This document shows positions 1 to 11,085 of a DNA stretch of 64,000 nucleotides, in pieces (positions within the stretch are counted from its first letter, which is position 1; every line of letters starts with the position of its first letter). The position numbers and the translations under genes are program-made. The notes beneath the pieces were generated by a model that ran no database searches, was not told where the DNA came from, and worked only from the letters and a program-made list of their open reading frames with translations. Source of the DNA: Thecamonas trahens ATCC 50062 (Eukaryota; Protista; Apusomonadida). The stretch lies in assembly GCF_000142905.1 (NCBI RefSeq), contig NW_013657675.1, forward strand, positions 372,001 through 436,000, read 5' to 3'.

Positions 1-1
1 T

Positions 2-352
2 CTTGACCATCCAGAGCTCGGCGAGCTCGGTGCCACCCGCTCGCCGCTCCACGCCGATGTTGTTGGCATTGCCGCGAGCATCTACGCCCTGCTCGTGCCC
101 GCCGCCACCTTTGAGCTCGACACCTGCTCGACATCGAGCAAGAAGCAGCTGGCCTGCGCCATGCCGGTCAACGCCATGTGGACAACACTCCTCGAAACCC
201 TTGTCAACGTTGCTCCAGAGCCCGACGCCGTCGCCACAGTCGCCGACTCACTCCGCTGTGGTCTCATCGACGCCGTCAGCGCCAACCCCGACGTTGCCTC
301 GTGCATGGCTGAGAACCTTGCTGCCCAGGATGCGCTCCTCTTCCGCCGCTGA
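2..352 (+). CDS. 3' end of hypothetical protein (runs off window start)
   Basis: Frame 2 is open from position 2 to TGA at 350-352 with GC3-rich codons (LDHPELGELG...DALLFRR); no family recognised. Confidence 0.55.
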   Translation, partial: LDHPELGELGATRSPLHADVVGIAASIYALLVPAATFELDTCSTSSKKQLACAMPVNAMWTTLLETLVNVAPEPDAVATVADSLRCGLIDAVSANPDVASCMAENLAAQDALLFRR

Positions 353-576
353 GTCGAGGCTGGCCTCCAATCTGTAAACTGTTGCAAAACGTGTCCCACA
401 AGCCCGTCGCCTGTCGCCCCGCCCAATTCGAATCGCCACTACAGTCCGCCTGCCTGCCGACCAGCCCGCAGCTCCTTCCCCGACACACCGCCACCCTCTC
501 ACACCCACACACACCACACTACATCACCGCACACCACACACAACAGGCTCTTCCCTAGCTCCTCCTCTCTTCAACC

Positions 577-1106
577 ATGGCCGACATGACTTCTCGGTAC
601 GCTTCCCTCCCCACCACCAGCACACCTCCCTCTCTCCCTCCCTCCCCCCCCCTTTGGCGCGCACTCACTACACCATCCTCTCTTGGCCCTCCGGTGACAG
701 GATTGAGCCGACAAGGTTCTTGACCATGATCATGCACCTCATGATGGTGCTGATGATTCTGTTTTCCAAGGATGAGAACGTAAGAGCTGCTCTCCCTATC
801 CGCTATGCCAACCAACAGTTCGATGAGGCGGCGGCCAAGTTTGACTCTGTCCTTGCCCTCGCCATCCTCTGCTTCGCCATCGAGCTCGTTGGCATCCTTG
901 GCGGCTTCTCCACCTTTAACAACGGCTTGGCTGTCCTCCAGATCGCAGCCCACTTTTCCGCCACCATCGCTCTCTCCTACTTTGTCATCGAGCGCTGGCA
1001 TCACATGCACTTTTGGTCCATCTGGTTCTTTACCTCGGCCATTCCCGCCGCTTTCGAGCTCTGGGGCATTGTCAAGGTCGTCGTCTTTCGAGTCCGCAAG
1101 TGGTAA
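577..1106 (+). CDS. TMEM107: Transition-zone protein TMEM107 (exons 577-596, 701-1106)
   Basis: PTRFLTMIMHL...DENVRAALP...IELVGILGGFSTFN...AHFSATIALSYFVIERW...FWSIWFFTSAIPAAFE matches recalled TMEM107; intron 597-700 GTACGC..CACTCAC..CAG restores an ATG start. Confidence 0.88.
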
Positions 1107-1521
1107 TCCTCTCGTGCGCTACCTTGTCTTATCCTGTATCCTTCCCTTCTCCATCGCTGCACACGCTCCAGCTTCGGCTCCGGTCGTCCCGGCGCCGCGC
1201 GCTGTTAGCGGCATGCAGCAGATCATCAGAGCAAGCATGGGCGGGAGCGCCCGGCTGCAGAGACTAGCCAGCGGGCGTACCAAGTCCGCCCTCTTCTATC
1301 GCGCCTTTAATGCCCGAGTGCCCGCGATGAATTCAGTGCGCGAACCCCGCGGCCCAGACCTGGCCACAGCGTGACCATCCCCGAGACAAAGAGCCGGAGC
1401 GGCGAACGCCTGCAGCTCCCGCCAAACACACCTCTTTGCCACCCCCACACATACACACACACACACACATATATATATATACACATACACATACACACAC
1501 CAGCATTCGGCTCTTACTCAC

Positions 1522-2820
1522 ATGGGTGTGCTCCTGGTCTCAGTCGGCCAGGCTGGCAACGCGGTGGCCGGCGAGGTGTGGAAGGTGCTGAGGCCAGTCC
1601 TGGGCCCACACGCCGCGCTGTGGACGTACGCCGAGGACGGTGCGGTCCGGGCGGTGGCAGTCGACTCAGAGCCCAAGGTGGTTGCTGCGCTTTCGAGCGA
1701 TGCCCGCCCCAAGCCGCGATCGGTGGTGGTTGGCCAGTCGGGTCGCGGCAACAACTGGGCGTTCGGCTATGCGGGCCTGCCGGGCGACAACCTGCTCGAT
1801 CGCGCCCTCGAAGCCATCCGTGTCGAGATCGAAGCTGCTGCCTTTGTCGGCGCCATCTTTGTTCTGCATGCCATCGGCGGTGGCACCGGCTCGGGACTCG
1901 GTTCGGCTTTGCTTGGCTCGATTCGCCAGGACTACCCGTCGACCCCGCTGTTCTCGGTCGCCATCGCCCCGTTTGCCACGGGCGACACGCCGCTGCAGCA
2001 CTACAACTCGATTTTGTGTCTCGCACACGCTCAAGCTTTCGCCGACGGCATCATCTACTGCGCCAATGACGCGGCCGCGCGCGCACTTGCGCCACCGGCA
2101 GACGCTGCGTCGTCGTCGTCGGCGGTACGGCGGGCGCCCAAGGTTGCCATGACAGACATCAATCGCCACTTTGGCACCGGCCTCGCCTCCATCCTTGCAC
2201 CGCGCGTGCTGAGTAGGGCCGGTGGCTCGTCGAGCGATGCCCACATTCCCGGCGCTGACATGATTGCCTTCCGTCCGCTGGACTTGCTGGGCACCACCTT
2301 TGCGCATCCGGCATACAAGCTCGCCCACCTGTGCGTCGGCGTGGAGCCGGCTCGCAAGGCTGCTATCTTTGATACTGACTCGTGGACAAAGCTAGCCAGG
2401 CGTGCGGCGCGGGCGCTGCCAAAGTACGACGTCAACGGCTGTCCTGGTCTCACCTTGGCCGCCAGCGTTTATGCGCGCGGCGTGCCGGGCAAGTCGTGGG
2501 TCAAAGGCAGCAAGCGGGCGCTGGCTGCCCTCGGCGGATGGTACCAGCCAGTGGCGTGGAACCCGTATTGCTTTGACGCACTCGCATCGGTCGAGAGTAT
2601 AGTGCGCCCAGCGCGGCCGAACTTGGCGGTTCTGTGGAACCATACCAATCTTGGGAGCGAGCTTCAGCGGACCATCGACGCCGCCGCGCTGATGTACGAG
2701 GCTGGCGCGTACTTGCACTGGTATCGCAAGTTTGACTGCCCCGATCAGGTCCTGGAGAGCGCGTTCGAGGTGGTGCAAGGCATGCGCGACGCCTACGTCT
2801 ACGCCGGCGAGCCTAGCTAG
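1522..2820 (+). CDS. Zeta-tubulin (delta/zeta class tubulin)
   Basis: Tubulin motifs VGQAGN, VDSEPKVV, GRGNNWAFGY, GGGTGSGLGS; GDTPLQHYNS and AYLHWY resemble zeta more than delta (GEVIVQNYN / AYIHQY). Confidence 0.8.
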   Translation: MGVLLVSVGQAGNAVAGEVWKVLRPVLGPHAALWTYAEDGAVRAVAVDSEPKVVAALSSDARPKPRSVVVGQSGRGNNWAFGYAGLPGDNLLDRALEAIRVEIEAAAFVGAIFVLHAIGGGTGSGLGSALLGSIRQDYPSTPLFSVAIAPFATGDTPLQHYNSILCLAHAQAFADGIIYCANDAAARALAPPADAASSSSAVRRAPKVAMTDINRHFGTGLASILAPRVLSRAGGSSSDAHIPGADMIAFRPLDLLGTTFAHPAYKLAHLCVGVEPARKAAIFDTDSWTKLARRAARALPKYDVNGCPGLTLAASVYARGVPGKSWVKGSKRALAALGGWYQPVAWNPYCFDALASVESIVRPARPNLAVLWNHTNLGSELQRTIDAAALMYEAGAYLHWYRKFDCPDQVLESAFEVVQGMRDAYVYAGEPS

Positions 2821-5022
2821 GAGGCGGCGGAGGCGGCGGAGGCCAGATGCGCCAGCTGTGCCAGCATCTGCTGCTCAAGCGTCAGTGGCGCGTCGCCGTC
2901 GTCACTGTCGTCGTCGGAGGAAGATCCCGATGAGGAGCCGCTGCTGCTCCCACTCCCGCTCGCGCTCTCGCGCTCGCTCTTCTTCTTGGCCGAAGAAGCA
3001 GAAAAGAGGTTGACAACCTCCTTGGACACGTTGGGCGTGTCAAACTCAAGCACGTCGACGGGGGTGGTGGTGGTGATCTCGCCGCTCTCTTCGCGGGCAA
3101 GCACGTTGCTCAGCTTGTCAAGCGCCACCTTGTACTGGGAGCGGTTGCTCTTGATGGTCTTACGGAAGCTCATAAAGTCGTCCTCGGTTGGCTTGCGAGG
3201 CGGGGCCGCCGTCAACATCATGTGCTTGAAGAACCGCGCCTGCTTCTTGAGGAGGATGGTGACGACACGTCCAGTGTGTCCAGCACGCGCTGTCCGTCCA
3301 GCACGATGGACATAGGTTTTGAGGTGCGCCGGCGCATCATAGTTAATGACCAGATCAATGGTTTCGATGTCGATGCCTCGGGTGAGGGCATCGGAACAGA
3401 CGAGGACGTCCACCTTCCGGTCCTTGAACGTCTGAATGGCCTGAAGACGCTCACTGCGCGAGAGCGCCGCCGAAAACTCGGCCACCCGCATCTCGCCGTC
3501 GATAAGCTGGAGCAGGCGGGTGAGGTTGTGGGCATGTTCACGCGACGAGGTGAAGACCAGGATCGACCGCGCACTGTTCTCGGCCTCCTTCTCGCGGCGG
3601 ATCGCGTGAAGAAGCGCGAGCGGCTTCTCCTCCTCAGGCACAACAATGTAAAAGTCGGAGAGCGAGCTCGGCAGAGTGAACTTGGCCTCGCGCGAGACCG
3701 AAAAGTAGATCGGCCGCACCAGCTTGGCCATTCCGAGCTGTTGTGGGTCAAAGCCGAGCGTGGCAGAGAAGAGCAGCTTCTGGACCGGCGATCGTGCACC
3801 CGAGCCAGCCGAGCCCAGGGCGCGGCCCTCGATGGTCTGGAACAGGTGCGGAAGCCACTGCTGGTAGGAGATTGCCAGCAGCTTGTCGGTCTCATCAATG
3901 ACCAGGTACTTGAGGTGCTCAAACGAGATGATGTCGTCACGCTGCTTGACGTGGTCAACGAGCCGGCCGGGCGTGGCGATGAGGATGTCGACCGTGGCCT
4001 CGCCGGTCTCGGCGTCGGCCAGAGCTGCGCGCTCCTTTGCAAAGCTGGAGTAGCCGTGAAGTGTGCAGACCAGAAGGTCGGTGTGCTTGGCCACGGCGCG
4101 AACAACAGACTCGGCCTGCAGGACAAGATCACGGGTTGGAACCATGATGACCGCCCGAAGCTTGGGAACCACACGTGTCCGCAGCGCCTCGACCAGCGGA
4201 ATGACATATGCCAGCGTCTTGCCGGATCCAGTCGGTGCGCACACGGCGATGTCGCGCCGCGAGTCGGGCCGCTCCTCATCGGCCGACGGCGGGAACACCG
4301 CAGCCGCAGACCGGAGAATGTGCGGGACGACCTTGGACTGGACCGGGAACAGGCTGGAGACGCCCGAGTCGACCAGCCCGCGCTTGATCTCGTCTGAGAG
4401 CGGAACATCGTCCAGCGAGGCGAGCGCCGAAAAGTCGTTGCGCAGGATCTCTGCGTGCGTCACCCACGACGGAAGCACTGTCATCGGCTTGACCACCTTC
4501 TTGGACTTCTTGGACTCGTCCGGCCGCAGCGCCAGCGGGTCGTGCATCCGTTCGCGCAGCTCGTCCTCGGCCCCGGCCACCGGTCCCTTCCGCCGCTTGC
4601 GGGCATGGTCACCCTCGGGGGACCTTGTCCTTGGACTTGGCCTTGTCCTTGGACTTGGCCTTGTCCTTGGACTTGGCCTTGTCCTTGGACTTGGCCTTGT
4701 CCTTGGACTTGGCCTTGTCCTTGCCCTTGCCCTTGTCCTTGGACTTTGCCTTGTCCTTGGACTTGTCCTTGCCCTTGCCCTTGCCCTTGCCCTTGCCCTT
4801 GCCCTTGCCCGACACTGACTTCTGCGCCCCATCGCCGCTGCTCCCGCCAGCCGACATCTCCATGGCTGCCACATCCGTGCCATCCCCGGCATCCTCCGAG
4901 TGGGCCGACAGGCTAGCCTTGTCCCTGCCCTTGTCCTTGGCCTTGGACTTGGACTTGGACTTGGACTTGGACTTGGACTTGCTCTTGTCCTTGCTCTTGG
5001 CCTTGCTCTTGTCTTTGCCCAT
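2817..5022 (-). CDS. DDX51: DEAD-box RNA helicase DDX51/Dbp6 with Lys-rich repetitive N-terminus (1-nt frameshift near 4620)
   Basis: Q-motif LFPVQ, APTGSGKTLAY, PTRDL, TPGRLVDH, DETD, SAT, RGID, HRAGRTARAG; the MGKDKSK... frame joins if one C of the C5 run at 4617-4621 is removed. Confidence 0.88.
4623..5020. repeat. Coding tandem repeats (18-bp and 6-bp units) encoding KDKAKS/KG/KS
   Basis: CCTTGTCCTTGGACTTGG x5, CCTTGC and GGACTT arrays visible in the sequence. Confidence 0.85.
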
Positions 5023-5155
5023 GTCGTCGAGTAAAGAGGTGCCCGGCTTCCCATCTCCCCTCCCATGCCCACCCATCCTCCCCCCTTACTGTTTGATGGT
5101 TGATGTCAAAGGATGGGCGCTTGGCCAGCGAGTTGGGGTGACCGGCGCTCGACGG

Positions 5156-7003
5156 CTACCGTTTACTGGCCTGGCCATCTGGAGTGTCGGGCGGGTGGGG
5201 GACCGAGACGTACTTGAGCGACGACTCGAGGACAGGAAGGGTGAGGATACGGGCTGCAGATGGCCGGTTGGATGGCCGCTTGCGGAGGCACATATGAACA
5301 AGCTCGGAGACATCATCAGTGTACTCGACCGGCAGAGGTGCGAGCGTCCCGGTCCCCATCCGAGCCTGTAGTTTGGGCACGATCGAGCCAAGCTGGGCCG
5401 AGGCCTTGGACCGTTCGCCAAACGGGGTGGAGAGCGCAAGCATGGTATAGAGGACAACGCCCATGGCCCACACGTCTGCAGCCGGCGACGGCTGGACCTT
5501 GGCCGACGCAAGAAGCTCGGGTGCAGTGTACTCGGGTGTGCCCCAGAACTGGTCCATCGGCTTGAGCCAGACCCCGTCATGGTAGCGGGTGGCAAAGCCA
5601 AAGTCGCCGAGTCGGACCGCCAGTGTCGATGGATTCGACATGTCGAGGGCGAGGAAAACGTTGCCGGGCTTGAGGTCCAGGTGTAGAACGCCCATGACAT
5701 CGTGCAGGTACTCGACCGCGGACGCGAGCTGTGCAAACCAGAGGAGCGCATGGTCTTGCGGCAGGTACTGGGGCCGGCCATCAGGCCCGCTCGCCGACCG
5801 TGACGCAATGAGCGCGTGGAGGCAGTCAAAGTCGCAATACTCGAGGACGAGTGCAATGTGCGAGCTCGCCAGGTACGCCCGGTAGCACTTGACAATGTTG
5901 GGATGCTCAAGCCGCGAGTGGATGGAGGCCTCCAGCTTGGCCGCCTTGCGCTGCAGGATCGACGCATTTTTCAGCGCCATGACCTTGACCACCAGATCAC
6001 GTCCGCTCAGAGCTCGAAGAAGCTCGGCGGTGCTCGACTTGTCCGACCCACGGATGTTCTTGGCGCGGATCTTGAGAATCGAGCCGAAGCCGCCGCGGGT
6101 GATCGGCTCGACGACTTCAAAATGCGACTGAAACGCGCCCTTGACCAGTGGCTTTGCCGACGGTGCCTTGACTCGGCTCTCCGACGGCGCGCTGGCACCA
6201 GGCTGACCACGATTGGTCTTGGACTTGGCCTTGCCGCTGCCCCGGCGCCGGGTCTTGGCCTGGGCCTCCCCGGGTCCGGCCTCACTGTCGCTTCCTCGCC
6301 CGGCCTTGCCATTGCCCTTGGCCTTGGCCTTGGTCTTACCCTTGTCCCTGGCCTTGGCACCACGAGCACGTTGACTTGCAGCGTAGCCTGCGCTGGTGAT
6401 AGACTCGCGCGGATCACCGGGCAGCACCTTGCCGGTTCCCTCGTAGAGAAAGTACGAAAGGCCGTCGTCGTTCTTCTTCTCGGTCACGCCGTGCGGCAGC
6501 GGGAGGCGTGGGTCAGTCCACGACGTCGTTCTGCGGGCCGCATCGGCAAAGTACACCCTCCGCTCCGGTGAGAGTAGTGGCTTGATGCCGTCGGGAAGAG
6601 GATGGTTGTTGGCGGCAGCCCAGGCGGCGATGTGCGGCGGGCGAGGATCATCGGTGGGCAAGAACTCGGAGGCTGTGTCGTCCAGTGGCGCGTTAAGATT
6701 CAGAAAGTACGACGTGCCGTCAGGCCACTTGCGCTCGACCCATCCTTCTGGCAGCGGTGCCCGCGGATCTGCCCATGTCGTGCTCGCGTTGTCCACACCG
6801 GCCGAGTCGTTAACAAAGAACACCCGCCCGTCGTCGGCGACTTGCGGCGTCCACACAAAGGGGACAGGCACGTCGTAAGGTGCGCGAGCAGGCGAGTTGC
6901 TCTTGCCCTTACCTGCTTTCCCTCGACCGGGGGACGGTGCTCGTCCACGCGCTGGAGAGGGCGGCGACGGCGGTGCTTCGGTCCGTCTTGGCCACGCTGA
7001 CAT
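5156..7003 (-). CDS. WW-domain Ser/Thr kinase, NEK-like catalytic domain
   Basis: WW-like units (TTWADPR, LPEGWVE, TTSWTDPRLPLP); kinase motifs VVKVM, HPNIV, HLDLKPGNVFL, LGDFG, GTPEYTAPE, DVWAMG. Confidence 0.85.
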   Translation of the reverse strand: MSAWPRRTEAPPSPPSPARGRAPSPGRGKAGKGKSNSPARAPYDVPVPFVWTPQVADDGRVFFVNDSAGVDNASTTWADPRAPLPEGWVERKWPDGTSYFLNLNAPLDDTASEFLPTDDPRPPHIAAWAAANNHPLPDGIKPLLSPERRVYFADAARRTTSWTDPRLPLPHGVTEKKNDDGLSYFLYEGTGKVLPGDPRESITSAGYAASQRARGAKARDKGKTKAKAKGNGKAGRGSDSEAGPGEAQAKTRRRGSGKAKSKTNRGQPGASAPSESRVKAPSAKPLVKGAFQSHFEVVEPITRGGFGSILKIRAKNIRGSDKSSTAELLRALSGRDLVVKVMALKNASILQRKAAKLEASIHSRLEHPNIVKCYRAYLASSHIALVLEYCDFDCLHALIASRSASGPDGRPQYLPQDHALLWFAQLASAVEYLHDVMGVLHLDLKPGNVFLALDMSNPSTLAVRLGDFGFATRYHDGVWLKPMDQFWGTPEYTAPELLASAKVQPSPAADVWAMGVVLYTMLALSTPFGERSKASAQLGSIVPKLQARMGTGTLAPLPVEYTDDVSELVHMCLRKRPSNRPSAARILTLPVLESSLKYVSVPHPPDTPDGQASKR

Positions 7004-7347
7004 GCGCGCGCACTTGTTACGTCACACCGACGGTCTGAGCGAGGTGGGGGCGGAGGTAGGGAAAGTAGAGAAGGAAAGATTGGGTGGGGTGGGGAGGTGG
7101 AGGTGGAGGGGGGGAGGGAGAGAGAAGGGGAGGAGGGGGGGGGAGGGAAGGGTGACGTCGTGATGGGAGGAGAAGTGTTGGAGGTTGGTCGTCACCGTTG
7201 GTGCCGGCGGACGCGTCCCGGTTCATGGAGGTGTGTCACTTGCGGCGAATCAGCGGAGGGGTAGCTGATGCGGTCTCATGCGGAGGAAGGAGTGTGATGC
7301 AAGCCGTGGCGGTAGGCTTGACGGCAAGAGGGCAAGCAGATGCAGGT

Positions 7348-9801
7348 TTATTGCGGCCCAGTGTTGTCAGAAGCGCCATCGCCGTGAGGGCGAGCGTCAG
7401 ATGCGGCATCGTCATCAAATGTAGCACTGTAGGCGTTGGCCGAGGTTGAGGGCGGCGAGGTGGAGAGCGGCGAGGTGGAGAGCAGACTTGTGGTGTGGCG
7501 GCGCGCAGCCCTACGCTTGCTCTTCTGTGTGCGGCTGGACTTGACGGGGCCCATGGGCTTCTGACTTGTCCGCTTGTTCCAATGCATGTTGCGGCGCAGC
7601 GAGACGAGCCAATCGGCAGTCTCGGAGACCTTGGAGATGGTGGGGACGGACCAGGGTGAGACGGAGCACTGCAGGGTCTGGCCGTGGAGTAGCTCGGTGC
7701 GGGAGCGACCGTCAAAAGAGGCCCACGCGGTGTTGCGCGCGTTATCAGCAACGCGGATACGGATGGTGGACGAGTACGGGAGAGCGACGGGGCGGAACGA
7801 GACCGAGTGGGGGCAGATGGGGGTGAGCAGAATGCATGGTACACCCGGATGGACAATGGAGCCACCGGCCGACATCGAGTAGGCGGTTGAGCCAGTGGCG
7901 GTGGCCACGATAATGCCGTCAGCCTGGACATTGGTAATAAAGTCGTGATCGCAAAAGATGTCGAGCGAGGCAAGCGAAGCGGCAGGCCCGCGGTCAACAA
8001 CCATGTCGTTGAGGATCTGGAATTGAGCGAGTGGTTTGCGTTCGTCGTGCTCGTCGAGGGCAAAGCCCTCGATGATGGAGCAAACAAGCCGCGAGCGGAG
8101 GGTGAGGAAGAACCCGCCCTCGAGCACCTTGTTGAGCACCTTTTCAGCTCGCTGGAACGAGAACGGTGTGAGGAAGCCGAGCGAGCCGAGTGCAAACGAG
8201 AGGATAGGCGGAACCGACTTGTAGAAAAAGGTTGTCGAGTGCAGGAGTGTGCCGTCGCCGCCGAGGCAGACAACAAAGTCGACAATGGTGGCCACGTCGA
8301 CACCTTCGGCCGGTAGAGCATGGACGCCGTCCCAGTCGGAGTAGTCGGAGCTCTTGACAACCGGCTCGACGTAGACGGTGAGCCTGTACTTGTTGATGAG
8401 GATTCGGATGAGCTGCTCCGCCCGGAGCGAGACCTCGGGTGATTGCCACTTCTTGACAACAAAGACTGAGAGCGGCGTCGTCTCCCACGCCATGCGGACC
8501 TTGGAGAGCAGCTCGGCAGTCTCAATCTGGGCATCGGGCACGACGTCGACCTTGACATTATTCTGCTGCGAGCCGGAGAACCGCGTCAGTCGCAGACCGG
8601 CCTTGGAGCGCGGAGAGATAGGCAGCTGCGAGTCGCTCACTTGCCGCGAGTGGACCGAGAGCAGGCTGGACGGCCGCGGCTTGCTGGAGACAGCGCTCAG
8701 CGACTGTGTCCTCATCATCGGCATCTCAGCCGACGGCTCGACGCTTTCGGAGGCCGTTGGCGAGGTCTGTGCCGAGACAACAGGCGGGTCGTGCCTCTGG
8801 ACGGTACTGGTCGAGCAGGCGCCGTCGTCCGAGCCTGAGTCGGAGCGCTCGCCGGACGGCTTGCTCCACTTGGGCGAGGAGCTCATCGAGACAACCTCGA
8901 CGTTGTCGACGTCGTCGCCGCTATCGGCCTGGTCAGTCTCTGCCGACGAGAGTGCAGACCGTGAGCGTGTCTCGCCAGACGTTCCATCCTCGTCATCCGA
9001 GCTCGGACCTGCGGTCGACGGCATCGAGTCGCCGAGCGATGAGTCCGGGGTGATCGAGCGCGAGGTTCCAGGCGTCAAACCGCCGACGGTGTACTCATCG
9101 ATGGAGAGCGGCGAGAGAGTGGTCGACTCGTGGTGCGCATCGGCTGGACGGCCAGGCTTGAGCAGGTTAGCGGGAACAAGGTTGGTGGAAAAGGTGTTCC
9201 GCCGGGCGCGGGTCTGCTTGGCGAGCGCCTTGGACCGCGGCGTGACAACTGGAGTGGGCAAGGCTGATGGCGGCCCGTAGAGAGCAGCATGGACCTCACT
9301 TGCAGACGTCGAGACCGAGCGCTTGCCGGTCTTTGCCGGCGGCGGCGCAAAGAGTAGCGTCGGCACAGGTGTTGGCGCTGTGGTGAGGACGACTGGCATA
9401 GTAGGTGACGGCGAGGCGACTGCCGAAGAGCTTGCCCCGGTTACATCAACGAGCTTAAGTCCAGGCACAACCGCGTGGGCATCGATTGTCCGATGTGGGT
9501 ATGACTGGGCCCGGGAGCCGCGGCCAGCCAGATCGCGGAGCGCCGAAGCCACCGTCCGGGCAGCGGGGCGGACATGCGCCGCTGTGGGCGACGGCGGCGT
9601 TGATGACGACGACGACGACGACGGCGGCGGCGGAAGCGGCACATCCGCCGGTGGCGAGTGGGCCAGGCGCGGCAGAACCAGCGCAAAGAGGATGATGAGC
9701 CATGGTGCGAGGACAAGAGCGGCGACAGCGGCGACGGCAGCAGTTGGTCCGCCCACAGCTCCAGCAGCGGCAGCCAGCAGCTCCCCAAGGCCCGCGTCCA
9801 T
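7348..9801 (-). CDS. NADK: NAD kinase with long N-terminal extension
   Basis: LGGDGTLLH, GSLGFLTPF, LNDMVVDRG, QADGIIVATATGSTAYSMSAGG, TPICPHSVSFRP; start at 9801 is inferred. Confidence 0.9.
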   Translation of the reverse strand: MDAGLGELLAAAAGAVGGPTAAVAAVAALVLAPWLIILFALVLPRLAHSPPADVPLPPPPSSSSSSSTPPSPTAAHVRPAARTVASALRDLAGRGSRAQSYPHRTIDAHAVVPGLKLVDVTGASSSAVASPSPTMPVVLTTAPTPVPTLLFAPPPAKTGKRSVSTSASEVHAALYGPPSALPTPVVTPRSKALAKQTRARRNTFSTNLVPANLLKPGRPADAHHESTTLSPLSIDEYTVGGLTPGTSRSITPDSSLGDSMPSTAGPSSDDEDGTSGETRSRSALSSAETDQADSGDDVDNVEVVSMSSSPKWSKPSGERSDSGSDDGACSTSTVQRHDPPVVSAQTSPTASESVEPSAEMPMMRTQSLSAVSSKPRPSSLLSVHSRQVSDSQLPISPRSKAGLRLTRFSGSQQNNVKVDVVPDAQIETAELLSKVRMAWETTPLSVFVVKKWQSPEVSLRAEQLIRILINKYRLTVYVEPVVKSSDYSDWDGVHALPAEGVDVATIVDFVVCLGGDGTLLHSTTFFYKSVPPILSFALGSLGFLTPFSFQRAEKVLNKVLEGGFFLTLRSRLVCSIIEGFALDEHDERKPLAQFQILNDMVVDRGPAASLASLDIFCDHDFITNVQADGIIVATATGSTAYSMSAGGSIVHPGVPCILLTPICPHSVSFRPVALPYSSTIRIRVADNARNTAWASFDGRSRTELLHGQTLQCSVSPWSVPTISKVSETADWLVSLRRNMHWNKRTSQKPMGPVKSSRTQKSKRRAARRHTTSLLSTSPLSTSPPSTSANAYSATFDDDAASDARPHGDGASDNTGPQ

Positions 9802-10204
9802 TCGTGCGGGTGTGGAGGGAGGGAGGGAGGGAGGGAGGGAGGGAAGAGGACGGGGGAGGGGGGAGGGGAGGGGGGGGAGGAGGGGGGGAAGGGTGGGTGG
9901 GGTGGGGTCGCTCCAGGCCACGTGGTGGTGCGTGGAGCGGAGCGGAGAGCGGAGTTGTCAGGCTGATGGGACGATTGAAAAGGGGGAAGTGTTTGGTGCA
10001 GGAGGATTTGATGGATGGGGGTGGAGAGGCCCGGTGTGGGGGTGGAGTAAAGGGGGTGGCGGTGGAGATGAGAGGATGGTGGCGGGGATGGGATTGGAGG
10101 AGGCAAGGGCGGGAGGGAGGCGGCTGCGGGCGCGGCTGCAGTGCCGAGGCCGCAGGTCTCTGTGGCGCTCTGGCCGACCGCCGGGAATGGACAGAATAGG
10201 GCGA

Positions 10205-11085
10205 TCAGTTGGCCTCCGAGTCCGAGTCTGACTCGGACATGTTGGCGGCGCCGGCCTTGCGGCGGGCCGAGGCGATGACGCGGGTGGAGCGGGCCTTGCG
10301 CTCGGCGACGGTGCGGGTGACGGTCTGGGCCATCTCCTCCACGGAGAGATCGGCGGTGCCCTGCGGAGCGATGAGCGAGATGTTGGTGCGAATCTCAGTC
10401 TCCTCGGCCTTGCGCTGCATCGACTTGACTGCGTCCATGCGCTTCTTGTAGAAGGCCTTCTTGCGGGCGGCACGGATCTGGTCGACTCGCTTGATGGCCT
10501 TGAGCGCCGCCGAGACGAGCTCGCGGTTGTAGCGGACAGGGCGGTTCCGCTTACGCTCAAAGTCAAACGTCGAGTCCACCGCAAGCTCCTTGCCCCGCGC
10601 CTTGCGGAAGGCCTTGGTCCACTTGACCTGTGGCGAGCCGAGGCAGGAAACAGTGGCGGTGAGTGGTGTGGCGGAGTGATGGCCGCCGCCATCGCCATCA
10701 TCAGCGGGGCAGGAAGGAACGGCGGCAGTGGGGGAGAGTGTGGCAAGGGGGAGGAAGATAGAGGAAGATAATGGTGGCTAGAGCGTAGAAGAGGACGAGG
10801 GAAAGGCAAAGGAGGGGGTGGGCGGCAAGAAATATCAGGCATGCGGCGTGTAGGACCACAGGGAGGGGGCCAGGGGGAGAGCCAGGGAGGGAGCCCGGGA
10901 TCATCCTCGGGCCCATCCAGCCAGGCCAGGAGCAGGCGTACCTTGCGGGGGTTGCGCTTCATCTTGAAGTTCTTATGACACTTGGAGGAGCAGAAGCGGA
11001 ACATGGTAGCGTCATTGCGCACAAAAGAGATGCCGTGCCCCGGGTAGATGGTCGCCGAGCAGAACCAGCACTTGTGCAGGCGCAT
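10205..11085 (-). CDS. RSL24D1: Ribosome biogenesis protein RLP24 (L24e family); intron 10628-10941
   Basis: [25 protein letters not shown]...[20 protein letters not shown]|VKWTKAFRK...[11 protein letters not shown]; GTACGC donor, CACTCAC, CAG acceptor. Confidence 0.93.

Noticed and set aside
1107-1521. snoRNA (U8-like) downstream of TMEM107, as in vertebrates
   Set aside because: No convincing C/D boxes or U8 similarity; the region holds only CA/TA microsatellite and ordinary intergenic DNA.
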